Part shown: one piece after another, positions 52,416-61,119 of the stretch
How positions within the stretch are numbered: the first letter of the stretch is position 1
Layout: each line of letters opens with the position of its first letter
Assembly: GCA_045643205.1 (NCBI GenBank)
Contig: JAZUKI010000003.1
Location: 1 to 64,000 of the forward strand
Source of the DNA: Clostridia bacterium
Lineage (GTDB): Bacteria; Bacillota; Clostridia; TANB77; CAG-508
Length of the DNA: 64,000 bases
Direction: 5' to 3'
Position numbers and translations under genes: made by a program
Notes under the pieces: generated by a model
What the model saw: only the letters and a program-made list of their open reading frames with translations
Databases searched by the model: none
Told to the model about the DNA's origin: nothing

Positions 52416-52889
52416 TTATTTGTTTTTACTTTTTATTTTACGTATTTCAATAAAAAAATCTTTCAATATTTTTTCACATTTTTCTTCTAAAACACCATTT
52501 TCAATTTCAACTGGTATTCCTAAATTATAATCTTTAGGTAGATTTAAAACAGATCCACAATATCCGTATTTTTCATCCATTGCGCCAATATATATTTTTC
52601 TAATGCGTGACTGCAAAATAGCACCTGTACACATATTACAAGGCTCAAGTGTCACATATAAATCACAATCAGATAATCTCCAATTATTAATTTTTTTACT
52701 AGCTTTTTCTATAGCAATTATTTCAGCATGTTTTAAACTAGAATTTTTTTCTTCTTTCATATTATGTGCTCTTGCAATAATTTTTCCATCTTTAACAATT
52801 ACTGCTCCAACAGGAACTTCTAATTTTTCATATGCCTTTTTTGCTTCTTTATAAGCTTCATTCATAAATTTTTCTTGCTCTGTTTTCAT
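52416..52889 (-). CDS. tadA: tRNA adenosine(34) deaminase
   Basis: EVPVGAVIV, HAE, TLEPCNMC. Confidence 0.93.
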   Translation of the reverse strand: MKTEQEKFMNEAYKEAKKAYEKLEVPVGAVIVKDGKIIARAHNMKEEKNSSLKHAEIIAIEKASKKINNWRLSDCDLYVTLEPCNMCTGAILQSRIRKIYIGAMDEKYGYCGSVLNLPKDYNLGIPVEIENGVLEEKCEKILKDFFIEIRKIKSKNK

Positions 52890-52895
52890 AGTGCA

Positions 52896-52924
52896 ATTAT
52901 AGTTTATTTTATGATTTTAGTCAA
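52896..52924 (-). promoter_or_regulatory. sigma-A promoter 6 nt above the tadA ATG
   Basis: TTGACT-17 bp-TATAAT-TGCACT-ATG. Confidence 0.75.
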
Positions 52925-52935
52925 AATTTTCATAA

Positions 52936-52972
52936 AAAAAGATACTCAATATTTTTAATATTTTGAGTATCT
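52936..52972 (-). terminator. intrinsic terminator after the DUF6514-like gene
   Basis: AAAAAAGATACTCAA...TTGAGTATCT. Confidence 0.65.
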
Positions 52973-52984
52973 AAAATAAATATT

Positions 52985-53230
52985 TTAGGCTATATTATCT
53001 TCTATTAAATATCTAATTTGTTCAAAATCAACATAGCTTTCTACTATCTTTTTTACTAATTTTACTGCTTCATATTCATTGGTTGTAATATTGTTGATTT
53101 CTATTATTTGATTAGTTGTTTCATTTTCTACTCTTATACCAAAATTGTTTTCATTCTCAACAATATAATAATTAATACTATTGAACTTATTAAAATCCAC
53201 AAATACTTTCACTTCACCAATTTTAATCAC
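52985..53230 (-). CDS. small hypothetical protein (DUF6514-like)
   Basis: 81 aa, GTG start with AAGGAG; FGIRV...INNIT...LIED pattern recalls DUF6514. Confidence 0.6.
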   Translation of the reverse strand: MIKIGEVKVFVDFNKFNSINYYIVENENNFGIRVENETTNQIIEINNITTNEYEAVKLVKKIVESYVDFEQIRYLIEDNIA

Positions 53231-53247
53231 TTTTTATCTTCTCCTTT

Positions 53248-53574
53248 CTACTCGTCATTGTTAGAATCATTGGAAGTTTCAGCTATAATTAAAATTAGCT
53301 TATCTGCTATCTTTCTCTTATCAATAATTTTAAAATTATCTGTGTTAAATATATTTTGTTTCCGCTCACTATTTAAAGTTTTCATTAATTTATTGTAATT
53401 ATCAAATCGCGGTTTTGATTCGTTTTGTTCCCAATTAATTATTGTTTGTCTTGATACTCCAACTAGTTCTGCTAGTTTTTCTTGTGATAAGTTCATGTTT
53501 AATCTTCCTCTGGAAATTTTTAAACCTAAATCTTCCACCTTACTCTCCTTTTTAAAATGACTTGCAATCACCAT
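53248..53574 (-). CDS. XRE-family HTH transcriptional regulator
   Basis: LSQEKLAELVGVSRQTIINWEQNESKP. Confidence 0.88.
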   Translation of the reverse strand: MVIASHFKKESKVEDLGLKISRGRLNMNLSQEKLAELVGVSRQTIINWEQNESKPRFDNYNKLMKTLNSERKQNIFNTDNFKIIDKRKIADKLILIIAETSNDSNNDE

Positions 53575-53625
53575 TTTAACTCACTATATTCTTTGTAACA
53601 ATCAACATTTCTTTACAAATTGGCC

Positions 53626-53676
53626 TATAATGTAAAACTTCTTTTACATTATACACAAACAAAAAAAGAAGCACAA
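53626..53676 (-). promoter_or_regulatory. promoter with an overlapping 12-bp perfect palindrome (putative operator)
   Basis: TTGTGC-17-TATAAT on the - strand; TATAATGTAAAA-cttc-TTTTACATTATA at 53626..53653. Confidence 0.55.
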
Positions 53677-53736
53677 ACTTTATAATAAAAACTATTAAAT
53701 CTATCATCAAGTTTTGCTTCTTTTTTATTTTTAATT

Positions 53737-53813
53737 TGGTGTTCCAGAAGGGAATTGAACCCCCGACACACAGTTTAGGAAACTGCTGCTCTATCCAACT
53801 GAGCTACTGGAAC
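53737..53813 (-). tRNA. tRNA-Arg(CCT)
   Basis: GTTCCAG acceptor, AGCTCAGTTGGATAGAGC D-arm, GCAGT-TTCCTAA-ACTGT anticodon arm, encoded CCA. Confidence 0.95.
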
Positions 53814-53828
53814 ATATATGGAAGGCAT

Positions 53829-54539
53829 TTATTCATGCCATCCAGAAATTTTTGCTCTTTTAATTGCACCCATCATATTTGCTCTTGCTTGCTTATTTTT
53901 AATTTCAAATTCTTTAATTGTATTATATGCAAATTCTCTGGTTGTTTTCTTATCAACTTCACAAACAATTGGCATTGTTGGAATTTGTTTCTCCTTAACA
54001 AATGTCTTATTAGTTTTTTCAGTAGTATATATCATAGGCCTAATTATTGTCATCTCTGATCTATCCATATAACTAATTGGAGATAATGTATCAATTCTTC
54101 CTCCATAAGTAAAATTCATTAAGAATGTTTCTAAAACATCATCTTCATTGTGCCCTAAAGCAACCTTGTTGCAACCATATTCTTTAGCTATAGAATTTAA
54201 CATTCCTCTACGTAAGTTTGCACACAATGAACAAGGGTTATCCTCTTTTCTAATATCAAAAACAATCTTCTTAATATCTGATGGTACTATAACTAATTCA
54301 ACACCAGCTATTTTAGCTTGTTCTTTTAAAACATTTTCATCAAATCCTTCAAATCCCGCATCAATTGCTAATGCTATACATTCAAACTTTTTTGGATAGT
54401 ATCTTCTCAAGTTTGAAATCGCACAACACATTGCTGCACTATCTTTACCACCAGAAAGAGCAATGGCTATTTTATCGCCATCCTCAATCATGTTGTAATC
54501 TTCAACTGCTCTTCTTACTTGGCCTTCGATATTAGTCAT
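53829..54539 (-). CDS. ttcA: tRNA 2-thiocytidine(32) synthetase TtcA family
   Basis: SGGKDS PP-loop, PCSLCANLRRG, ALGH..DD, IIRPM; ATG after GAGGTG. Confidence 0.87.
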   Translation of the reverse strand: MTNIEGQVRRAVEDYNMIEDGDKIAIALSGGKDSAAMCCAISNLRRYYPKKFECIALAIDAGFEGFDENVLKEQAKIAGVELVIVPSDIKKIVFDIRKEDNPCSLCANLRRGMLNSIAKEYGCNKVALGHNEDDVLETFLMNFTYGGRIDTLSPISYMDRSEMTIIRPMIYTTEKTNKTFVKEKQIPTMPIVCEVDKKTTREFAYNTIKEFEIKNKQARANMMGAIKRAKISGWHE

Positions 54540-54567
54540 TGCTCTCACCTCTTTTCTTTATTAAATT

Positions 54568-56286
54568 TTATTCTTCAACTAATTTTCTAACTTCAGCAGA
54601 TAATTCTTCAAGTTGATCATTGGCATCTTGTTCTGTTGTTCCTTTAACACCAATATATAATTTAATTTTGGGTTCAGTCCCTGATGGTCTAACTGCACAC
54701 CAACTATTATCTGATAAATCATAATATAGAACATTTGATGTTGGTAATTCAGTTTCTATCTCACTTCCATCTTTTCTAACTATTTTATGAGTTTGATAAT
54801 CTCTAACTTCTTCAACATCCCATCTAGCTATTTTTTCAACTGTTTTATTTCTCAAATTTTCCATCATAGTTTTAATTTTTTCAGCGCCATCAGCACCTTT
54901 CAAAACTATAGAAATTTGTTTTTCTTTATACCAACCATATTTTTCATATAATTTAATCATATGTTGATATAATGTTTCTCCATTATTTTTATAATAAGCT
55001 GCAGCTTCGCAAATTGCCATAACTGCTGATATTCCATCTTTATCTCTAGCATGATCTGAAATAATACAGCCAAAACTTTCTTCAAATGCAAATTCCATAT
55101 TATATGAATTTTCTTGTTCGAACTTTTTCATCAAAGCTCCAACCCATTTAAATCCAGTTAAAACATAAAAATCTTTTGCACCATATTCTTCAGCTATAGG
55201 ATGAGTCATGTTAGTTGAAACAATTGTTGAAATAACACATGGATTTTCTTTTAATAATCCCTTAGCTTTTCTTTGAGCTAATTCATACTCCATAACTAAA
55301 ATTGCAAACATATTTCCTGTGAAAGAAACATATTCACCATCATTGTTTTTACAATATAATCCAACTCTGTCAGCATCAGGATCATTTGCAACTACTACAT
55401 CTGCATCAACTTCTTTAGCTAAATCTAAAGCAAGTTTAAATGCATTTGGATCTTCTGGATTTGGATAATCTACTGTTGGAAAATCTCCATTTGGTTTTTC
55501 TTGTTCAGCTACTACATAAACATTCTTAAATCCAATTTCTCTTAATAGTTTTGGAGTTACTTCACCACCTGTACCATGTAAAGGTGTATAAACAATTTTT
55601 AAATCTTCACAATTTTCAATTACATCTTTATTGATAACTAAAGATTTTAATTTGTTAGAAAACGCTTCATCAACATCTTCTAAAACGATATTGTATAAAC
55701 CTTTTTCCATAGCTTCATTTTTATCAATTGTTTTAATATTTTCAAACTTTGTATTGCTTACTTCATCAATTATTTCACCATCAACTGGTGGAACAATTTG
55801 TGAACCATCATCCCAATAAACTTTATATCCATTGTATTCTGGTGGATTATGACTTGCTGTAATCATTATTCCAGCAACACATCCTAAATATCTAACAGAA
55901 AAAGATAATTCTGGAACTGGTCTTAGTTCTCTAAATATATATGTTTTAATACCATTTGCATTTAAGATTAATGCTGTTAATTCACTAAATTCTTTTGACA
56001 TATGTCTTGAATCATATGAAATAACAACGCCTTTTTTTTGGCCACCTACTTTTAAAATATAATTTGCCAAGCCTTGTGTTGCTCTTCCTACGGTGTATTT
56101 ATTCATTCTATTTAAACCTGCGCCAATTATTCCACGTAATCCTGCAGTTCCAAATGAAAGTTCTTTATAAAATCTATCTTCAATTTCTTTTTCGTTGTCT
56201 TTTATAGAAAGTAATTCATTTTTGGTTTTTTCATCAAATGAAGGATTGTTTAACCATTCTTCATATTTGGTTTTATAATCTTCCAT
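54568..56286 (-). CDS. pgm: phosphoglucomutase/phosphomannomutase (PgcA-like)
   Basis: FGTAGLRG, TASHNP, DPDADR, FEES.G, RPSGTEPKIK. Confidence 0.9.
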   Translation of the reverse strand: MEDYKTKYEEWLNNPSFDEKTKNELLSIKDNEKEIEDRFYKELSFGTAGLRGIIGAGLNRMNKYTVGRATQGLANYILKVGGQKKGVVISYDSRHMSKEFSELTALILNANGIKTYIFRELRPVPELSFSVRYLGCVAGIMITASHNPPEYNGYKVYWDDGSQIVPPVDGEIIDEVSNTKFENIKTIDKNEAMEKGLYNIVLEDVDEAFSNKLKSLVINKDVIENCEDLKIVYTPLHGTGGEVTPKLLREIGFKNVYVVAEQEKPNGDFPTVDYPNPEDPNAFKLALDLAKEVDADVVVANDPDADRVGLYCKNNDGEYVSFTGNMFAILVMEYELAQRKAKGLLKENPCVISTIVSTNMTHPIAEEYGAKDFYVLTGFKWVGALMKKFEQENSYNMEFAFEESFGCIISDHARDKDGISAVMAICEAAAYYKNNGETLYQHMIKLYEKYGWYKEKQISIVLKGADGAEKIKTMMENLRNKTVEKIARWDVEEVRDYQTHKIVRKDGSEIETELPTSNVLYYDLSDNSWCAVRPSGTEPKIKLYIGVKGTTEQDANDQLEELSAEVRKLVEE

Positions 56287-56298
56287 AAATATCACCTT

Positions 56299-57633
56299 TT
56301 ATCTTTCTTTTGTTTGTTGTTTTTCCTGTTTCTCTATGTATAGTTTACTTGCTGTTTCTGGGCTATCAACTCCATTTGCATTCTTAACAGGTGCAAATTC
56401 TTGTTCTCTTTCAACTTCCATAATAATAAAATCTTTTTTTGTTTTTGATCTATTTCCATGTTTGTTAATTAAATCAGCAAATCCTTGTAAATTTTGAAAA
56501 ACATCGAATAAGAATTTTTCACATTTATATGCATTGGGTTGGTCTGCTTTTACTGTTTCGCCATTTTCATCTATATAATTTGCCTTTTTGTGAGCTAAAT
56601 GAATTGGTAATTGTTGCTTTGCCAAAGCATTCATAACTTCTATATTAAACATATTATTTAATATATGTGATTGATTATATTTTAGTGATCCATCTGGATT
56701 TCTTTCGCCTGCCATTTCAGGAGAAATTTCTGTATATTCAACAACAGTTGTTTTTCCATTTTTCTTGCAATACATACCAACTTTTTCTTCTGGTCTTGTT
56801 TTTACAACACTTTTTCCTGCTGCTAAAACATTATTATCAATAGCTAATCCAACAAATACAGGATCAATTGGTTCAACAATAATATTGTCTACACCTGTCA
56901 TGAATATCCATTCTACGCCTCTGTTTTTCATATCTTTAACACATCCGTTATTTAGTAAAGCATCAAAAACTCCACCATGGCCATCAGCTGCTTGCTTAAT
57001 TTGCTTGTCTTCACCTACTAATATTTGACCATTCTCATCAAACATAGGTAATTTTCCTTGTTTAAAAAACATTATGTTTTCTTTTTTATATTGAAAATAA
57101 TTGTTTTCTTCAAAGAACTTTACTGTTTCTTCATGATTTTCTTCACTTGTCATTATATACCAAGGAATATTAGTTGAATAGTTATTTCTTCCTTTTTTCA
57201 TTATTTCAGTTAAAATTTGAAAAATAGATTTCTCTACTCCATTATCTTTAATGAAATAAGTTCCTTTAGGACCATTGTGTCCTAATCTAGTACCTTGACC
57301 ACCTGCCATAGTTACTACTGCTAATCTTCCATTTGCTATAGCACTTGCGCCTTTTGCACTAAGTCTTGCTTTTTCTTGTTCTGTCATACTCTTTTTAACA
57401 ACAAAATCTGGTGGAGTAAATTTAATCTCCTCTTCACCTTTTTGTTCTTCTTCTTTTGCCTTCTTGACTTGTTCTTTCAAGGCTTTCAACTGTTCAAAGT
57501 CAAACTTAAAAAGGCTGTCCAAAAACGCCTTTTTCTCTTCAGTTGTTTCAAGCCTCTCATACGCTTTCCAAAGTTGCTCTTGCCCAATTTGGGCGCAAAT
57601 CTCCTTTGCACGCATTTTCTCGTTGTCCATCAT
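56299..57633 (-). CDS. UDPGP type 1 / UAP1-like UDP-N-acetylhexosamine pyrophosphorylase
   Basis: MAGGQGTRLG..GPKG, WYIMTS, FKQG, DGHGG, GVDN, VVEYTE, KCEKFLFD, FAPVKN. Confidence 0.88.
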   Translation of the reverse strand: MMDNEKMRAKEICAQIGQEQLWKAYERLETTEEKKAFLDSLFKFDFEQLKALKEQVKKAKEEEQKGEEEIKFTPPDFVVKKSMTEQEKARLSAKGASAIANGRLAVVTMAGGQGTRLGHNGPKGTYFIKDNGVEKSIFQILTEIMKKGRNNYSTNIPWYIMTSEENHEETVKFFEENNYFQYKKENIMFFKQGKLPMFDENGQILVGEDKQIKQAADGHGGVFDALLNNGCVKDMKNRGVEWIFMTGVDNIIVEPIDPVFVGLAIDNNVLAAGKSVVKTRPEEKVGMYCKKNGKTTVVEYTEISPEMAGERNPDGSLKYNQSHILNNMFNIEVMNALAKQQLPIHLAHKKANYIDENGETVKADQPNAYKCEKFLFDVFQNLQGFADLINKHGNRSKTKKDFIIMEVEREQEFAPVKNANGVDSPETASKLYIEKQEKQQTKER

Positions 57634-57803
57634 TTCCTCCTAATTTTTTATTTCTGTAAAACTTGTTGTGGCTTCGGTCACTTTGGACTCTTCATGCCTG
57701 ATAACAAATATAAAATTATGCCTACATGTAATGTGTTTTATGCAGACTTACATCACCAATTTACCTTAATTAAAGATACAAGCATAAATTAGCAATATAG
57801 TTC

Positions 57804-57832
57804 ATTATACCTTAATTTTAGTATTTAGTCAA
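57804..57832 (-). promoter_or_regulatory. sigma-A promoter of the pyrophosphorylase-pgm-ttcA-tRNA unit
   Basis: TTGACT-17 bp-TATAAT. Confidence 0.7.
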
Positions 57833-57970
57833 ATTACATATTACATGTTTCCTTGTTTTTTAATTTCAATAATTTCTTCTAATATATTATAATTTGTCAA
57901 TTTATTGCTTTTTTGCTCTTTTTATGCTATAAATAGGCGGTGGCAAAATGTTTCTGAAAGGAGTTTTGTA

Positions 57971-59224
57971 TTGGATAAATTTTTAATAGATGGAAATACA
58001 AGTTTGACTGGTGAAATTGAAATTTGCGGTGCAAAAAACTCCGCAGTAGCAATTTTACCAGCCACACTTTTAGTTAATGGAACTATTACTTTAGAAAACG
58101 TTCCTAACATAAGTGATATAAATAAAATTTGCGATATCTTAAGAGTTTTAGGTGCAAAGGTTGAATGGACTGGAAAAAATACAGTTGTTGTTGATTCTAG
58201 AAACATCCAAACAGTACACGCTCCATTAGATAAAACAAGTGAATTTAGAGCTTCTTATTATTTTATTGGTGCTTTATTAAGTAGATTTCACGAAGCTGAA
58301 GTTGGTATCCCTGGTGGATGCAAACTAGGTCAAAGACCAATCGATCAACACATTAAAGGTTTCGAATCTCTTGGAACCACTGTTGAAGTTGATAATAGAA
58401 TTTATGCAAAAGCTGATAAATTAGAAGGAAATTCTGTTTATTTTGATGTTGTTTCTGTCGGTGCAACAATAAATGTTATGCTTGCTTCTGTTTTAGCAGA
58501 AGGCACTACAACATTATCAAATGTAGCTAAAGAGCCTCATGTAGTAGATGTTGCAAACTTTTTAAATAAGTGCGGTGCTAATATTATTGGTGCTGGTACT
58601 GAAGAAATCAAAATAATCGGTGTTGAGAAACTAGAGGGTAATTATACTTATTCTATCGTTCCTGATCAAATAGAAGCTGGAACATTTATGTGTGCAGCTG
58701 TTGCAACACGTGGAAATATTTTAATTAAGAATTGTATTCCTGAACATATGCAACCACTTACAAATAAATTAATTGATATTGGCGCTACAGTAGTAGAAAG
58801 CGGTGATTCTATAAGAGTTTCAATGGGTAATGGAAAAATCAAATCAACAAACATTACAACTGCTCCTTATCCTGGATTTCCTACTGATTTACAACCTCAA
58901 TTAGGTGTATGTCTTGCATTAGCAAAAGGAAAAAGTGTTATTACAGAAAATATTTGGCAATCACGTTTTCAATATACTATTGAATTAAATAAGATGGGTG
59001 CCGATATTATAGATAGAGGAACTTCAGCATTGTTCAACGGTGTTTCACAACTTAAAGGTGCAAAAATTGAAGCTCCAGATTTAAGAGCTGGTGCAGCATT
59101 AATCATTGCAGCACTTTCAGCAGATGGACAAACAGAACTATCAAATATTCATTTCATTGATAGGGGTTATGAAGGCGTTGAAGATAAATTTAGAAAATTA
59201 GGCGCCCATATACAAAGAATATAA
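57971..59224 (+). CDS. murA: UDP-N-acetylglucosamine 1-carboxyvinyltransferase
   Basis: GAKNS, RASYY, PGGCKLGQRPIDQH (active Cys), SVGATIN, PGFPTDLQ, DLRAGAAL; TTG start after AAAGGAG. Confidence 0.96.
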   Translation: MDKFLIDGNTSLTGEIEICGAKNSAVAILPATLLVNGTITLENVPNISDINKICDILRVLGAKVEWTGKNTVVVDSRNIQTVHAPLDKTSEFRASYYFIGALLSRFHEAEVGIPGGCKLGQRPIDQHIKGFESLGTTVEVDNRIYAKADKLEGNSVYFDVVSVGATINVMLASVLAEGTTTLSNVAKEPHVVDVANFLNKCGANIIGAGTEEIKIIGVEKLEGNYTYSIVPDQIEAGTFMCAAVATRGNILIKNCIPEHMQPLTNKLIDIGATVVESGDSIRVSMGNGKIKSTNITTAPYPGFPTDLQPQLGVCLALAKGKSVITENIWQSRFQYTIELNKMGADIIDRGTSALFNGVSQLKGAKIEAPDLRAGAALIIAALSADGQTELSNIHFIDRGYEGVEDKFRKLGAHIQRI

Positions 59225-59234
59225 AGGATTACAA

Positions 59235-60017
59235 ATGTTTAAGTTTTGCAATTTGTATAGTGGCAGTTCTGGAAATTGCTCACTAATAATTACAGAAAAT
59301 TCAAAAATATTAATAGATTGTGGTATTACAAATAAGAAGCTAGTTGAAGGACTAGCTTCTCTTAATATATCTACAAAAGATATTGACGCAGTATTAGTAA
59401 CTCATGAACATTCTGATCATACTAAAGGATTAAAGACTTTATGCAAAAATTCTGCAATTGATATTTATGCTAATCATCATACAATGGCAATGATTGATGA
59501 AACAATTAATGAAAATCATAAAAAGTTCTTTGTTACTGATGAACAATTTAAGATTAATGATTTAAAAATTGTTCCTTTTGCCATACCACACGATGCTGCT
59601 GATCCAGTTGGTTTTTCAGTATTAAAAGATAATAAAAAAATAACAATATTAACTGATGTTGGACATATTAATGACTCAATAATTAATAATCTTATTGGTA
59701 GTAATTTTGTTTTACTAGAATCAAATTATGAACCTGAAATGCTAATGGCTTCACGCTATCCATATAATTTAAAACGAAGAATTCTTGGTCCAAATGGCCA
59801 TTTATCAAATGATGAAGCTGGCGAATTATTATCTGAACTTTTTAAACATGGAGTTACTAATATTCAGCTTGGTCATTTATCTCAACAAAATAATTTTCCT
59901 GAATTAGCATATAAAACAGTAATAGAAAAATATATGAAAAACAATATCGATACTTCAAAAGTAAATCTTTCTATTGCTTTACGTAACCAAGTTAATAAGA
60001 TAATTGATATAGATTAA
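59235..60017 (+). CDS. yycJ: YycJ/WalJ-like metallo-beta-lactamase-fold hydrolase
   Basis: SGSSGN, THEHSDH, HDA, TD.G, ESNY, GHLSN, HLSQQNN. Confidence 0.85.
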   Translation: MFKFCNLYSGSSGNCSLIITENSKILIDCGITNKKLVEGLASLNISTKDIDAVLVTHEHSDHTKGLKTLCKNSAIDIYANHHTMAMIDETINENHKKFFVTDEQFKINDLKIVPFAIPHDAADPVGFSVLKDNKKITILTDVGHINDSIINNLIGSNFVLLESNYEPEMLMASRYPYNLKRRILGPNGHLSNDEAGELLSELFKHGVTNIQLGHLSQQNNFPELAYKTVIEKYMKNNIDTSKVNLSIALRNQVNKIIDID

Positions 60018-60104
60018 TTAATAAAAGCTCGCATAATATAAATAAAACTTTGTAAATTATTATGAAGCTTTATAAAAACATTTTTTAAATTTCAAGGAGG
60101 TTTT

Positions 60105-60587
60105 ATGTTACACATTAATATTGTATGTGTTGGAAAAGTTAAAGAAACTTTTTCTCGCGATTTAATTAATGAATATTTAAAAAGATTAAGTAAATATTGT
60201 GAAATAAAAATAGTGGAATTACCTGATAAAAAGCTTCCTGAAAAATGTAGTAAAGCTTTGGAACAACAAGTTATTAACGAAGAAAGTCAACAAATTATTA
60301 ACTATATTAATAAGTCAAAATGCTACAACATTGCTCTAGACCTTACAGGTAAACAATATACTTCAGAAGAATTTGCTTCTAAAATAGAAGACTTACCACA
60401 AATAACAAGTGAAATTAATTTTATAATTGGTGGTTCATTAGGTATGAATGATGAATTAAAAAATATATGTAATGAAAAAATATGTTTTTCAAAAATGACA
60501 TTTCCTCATCAACTAATCAGAATTTTCCTTTTAGAACAAATCTTTAGAGCTTTTAAAATTAATAATAACGAAACATATCATCATTAA
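60105..60587 (+). CDS. rlmH: 23S rRNA (pseudouridine1915-N3)-methyltransferase
   Basis: VGKVKE, EYLKRL, SEEFA, FIIGGSLG, MTFPHQL.R..LLEQIFRA, YH. Confidence 0.96.
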   Translation: MLHINIVCVGKVKETFSRDLINEYLKRLSKYCEIKIVELPDKKLPEKCSKALEQQVINEESQQIINYINKSKCYNIALDLTGKQYTSEEFASKIEDLPQITSEINFIIGGSLGMNDELKNICNEKICFSKMTFPHQLIRIFLLEQIFRAFKINNNETYHH

Positions 60588-60674
60588 TAAAAATATTTAG
60601 AAAACATTTCAACATATTAAAAAACATTTATAAATATCAATCATTAGAAAACTATTTAAAAACATATAATCATC

Positions 60675-60723
60675 AAAAAACATTTAGAAATAAATCGTAT
60701 TGGTTCATTTCTAAATGTTTTTT
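60675..60723. terminator. bidirectional terminator
   Basis: AAAAAACATTTAGAAAT...ATTTCTAAATGTTTTTT, 17-bp perfect inverted repeat. Confidence 0.8.
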
Positions 60724-60730
60724 ATATAAT

Positions 60731-60952
60731 TTTGTAGAGAAGATTTAAGGGTAATATACAAGATAAAAATCATAAAATTATGTATAAATAATAGCAGATA
60801 CATATCTTTAATATGTAGTAAAAAGTGAGAAAATACTATTAGACTTTTAAACAAGATTATAAATTTGACTAAATTATGGGGGCTATCTATTGTCAGAAAA
60901 TTTTTGTTTGTTAAAAGTTTGTTTATGTTTTTATATTAATCTTCTCTACAAA
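60731..60952 (-). ncRNA. candidate structured non-coding RNA (or IR-bounded element)
   Basis: 15-bp perfect IR TTTGTAGAGAAGATT/AATCTTCTCTACAAA enclosing further stems; promoter above, terminator below, no credible ORF. Confidence 0.45.
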
Positions 60953-60997
60953 TGTAATAACAATTTAATTAATATTAAGCATGCTTAACATGCTCTT

Positions 60998-61026
60998 ATA
61001 TTATTCCCCTTTCTCTTTAATGTCAA
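60998..61026 (-). promoter_or_regulatory. sigma-A promoter pointing into the non-coding region
   Basis: TTGACA-17 bp-TAATAT. Confidence 0.65.
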
Positions 61027-61082
61027 CATTTTTAGAGATTAACTCATCGCCAAATTTCGACATTTTTTTCATTTATTTAAAT

Positions 61083-61119
61083 AAAAAATAACACATATCT
61101 TTTGATACGTGCTATTTTT
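61083..61119 (-). terminator. probable terminator after rsmI
   Basis: AAAAAATAACACATATC-TTTT-GATACGTGCTATTTTT; the two apparent mismatches pair as G-U on the - strand. Confidence 0.65.

Noticed and set aside
53736-54072. ORFs 53736..54059 and 53818..54072 (+)
   Set aside because: Antisense to tRNA-Arg and ttcA
57665-57700. Hammerhead-like core (ATGAAGAG-TC..GAC-CGAAG)
   Set aside because: It deviates from the CUGANGA and GAAA consensus and lacks a third stem and cleavage triplet; kept only as part of the unknown leader
57376-57792. 138-aa + strand ORF
   Set aside because: Antisense to the pyrophosphorylase 5' end and its leader; no RBS
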